DNA from: Actinomycetales bacterium
GTDB lineage: Bacteria > Actinomycetota > Actinomycetes > Actinomycetales > CAVURS01
Reading direction: 5' to 3'
NCBI GenBank assembly: GCA_045807245.1
Contig: JBJMHS010000051.1
Span: 6,044 to 70,043 of the forward strand
Length of the DNA stretch: 64,000 nt
The translations under genes were made by a program, and so were the position numbers. This document shows positions 63,099 through 64,000 of the stretch, piece by piece (the first letter of the stretch is position 1; every line of letters begins with the position of its first letter). Under the pieces are notes generated by a model. It had not been told where the DNA came from and ran no database searches. It saw only the letters and a program-made list of their open reading frames with translations.

Positions 63099-64000
63099 CT
63101 AGGGCTCCAGAGGCTCGACCCCGGCCAGAGGAAGCCAGACTCGCATGGTCGATGGTCCGCGGTTGGCCCAGTCGTGGTAGGCGACCAGGGGAACGTCCAT
63201 CCATCGAGTGTCCGGCGCGGGCACGTCGCTTGCTTCGCCGTAGGGCCAAGAGGACGGGGGCCGCTCAGACTCGACTCGTGTCCGGACAAAGACCCGTCCG
63301 TCCTGCTCTCGGGGAGCGACGTTCCCGTCCACGGCGATGAGAGAGAGGTCGGCCGGCGTGCTGTGGCGAGCGGACGCGTCGAGGTCGGTCGACTCCAGGC
63401 ACATCACCACGGGGCCCCGCTCCACCGCGGTGCAACCCCGTACGGCGTCTACTCGCGAGTCCGCTCTGGTGAACCGCGGCTGGACGGGGAGGTGGAGCTC
63501 GACGACGTCGCCGGGCTGGAAGGAGCGCGCGAGCTCCACGGCGCCGGGCGAGACGGTGCGCGTCGTCGATGAGCTGCCGACCAGACGTTCCACGAGCACC
63601 GCGTCCTCCGCCCAGGAGGGGACGCGCAGGGTGAGCGTCCAGGGGCCGTCGGCGGGCTCTCGCACGATGACCCGCACGACCCCGTCCCGCGGATACTCGG
63701 TCTCAACATCGAGCGCTATCGGGCGACCGTCCGGCAGGGCGGTTCTGATCCTCGCCGAGGCGTACTGGTGCAGCTGGAGCCCGGTGTCGTCAACCGTCGC
63801 GATGTACGCCGCGAGGCTGGCCAGCGTCCGCGCGACGTTCGGCGGGCAGCACGAGACGGCGAACCAGGGCGCGCGCATCGACGACGTGGCCCGCGGGCAG
63901 ACTTCGTCCTCCACCGGCACCTCACCGGGCCGGCGTTGATGCAAGGTGTTCGCGTAGTAGAACGCGGTGCCCTCGCGTGAGGGGGACGTCGCCACGACGT
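63099..64000 (-). CDS. GH127 (DUF1680, beta-L-arabinofuranosidase-like) protein, partial (5' end beyond window)
   Basis: FYYANTL and SCCPPNVARTLASL are typical of GH127. The frame is open to the window edge, so the M at 63995 in the track is only an internal GTG. Confidence 0.75.
   Translation of the reverse strand, partial: VVATSPSREGTAFYYANTLHQRRPGEVPVEDEVCPRATSSMRAPWFAVSCCPPNVARTLASLAAYIATVDDTGLQLHQYASARIRTALPDGRPIALDVETEYPRDGVVRVIVREPADGPWTLTLRVPSWAEDAVLVERLVGSSSTTRTVSPGAVELARSFQPGDVVELHLPVQPRFTRADSRVDAVRGCTAVERGPVVMCLESTDLDASARHSTPADLSLIAVDGNVAPREQDGRVFVRTRVESERPPSSWPYGEASDVPAPDTRWMDVPLVAYHDWANRGPSTMRVWLPLAGVEPLEP

Overview
High-GC (by eye about 70 percent, not computed) actinobacterial-type chromosomal DNA. 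It is densely coding, with about 58 protein genes. I saw no rRNA, tRNA, CRISPR array, transposase or integrase. All family calls come from motifs I recognise in the translated ORFs; no database search was possible.

Gene order along the window:
- A partial secreted protein, a truncated-globin-like protein, and a GAF-ANTAR regulator.
- An Rv2578c-like radical SAM protein and a UvrD-like helicase.
- An OmpR-type two-component pair placed divergently from a flavinylation operon. The operon holds a ferric-reductase-like flavocytochrome (apparently frameshifted), an FMN-binding protein with an SGAS acceptor motif, and ApbE.
- A STAS protein, then a minus-strand run of DinB/TIGR03086-like protein, methyltransferase, APH-like kinase and histidine phosphatase.
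- A NiCoT nickel/cobalt permease behind a Nur-box-like operator, and a DUF222/HNH gene.
- An SRPBCC protein, an alditol/lactone-oxidase-like flavoenzyme, CsbD, and a PAS-GAF-PP2C phosphatase.
- A stretch rich in secreted beta-propeller proteins. It also holds a PepSY protein, an ECF sigma/anti-sigma pair, and an unusual 1145-aa fusion of SARP, a TM helix, a beta-propeller and a family-5 solute-binding protein.
- A PhoD-like phosphatase, then a translationally coupled pair of giant unassignable ORFs (1071 and 1475 aa).
- Two small proteins, then a carbohydrate block: GH3, GH13, an ASRT homolog, GH32, an SDR and a partial GH127.
- A second ECF sigma pair, a class III aminotransferase, and a three-gene phosphorelay (HK, REC-only protein, dual-REC hybrid HK).
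- An ABC-2 exporter with a NarL-type two-component system, and a cupin.

Best candidates for something new:
1. The 7.7-kb giant gene pair at 35775-43429.
2. The membrane-tethered SARP/solute-binding-protein regulator. Its promoter carries the same TTGCNA-N5-TTGCAN plus CTAGCGTG architecture as the nickel permease promoter.
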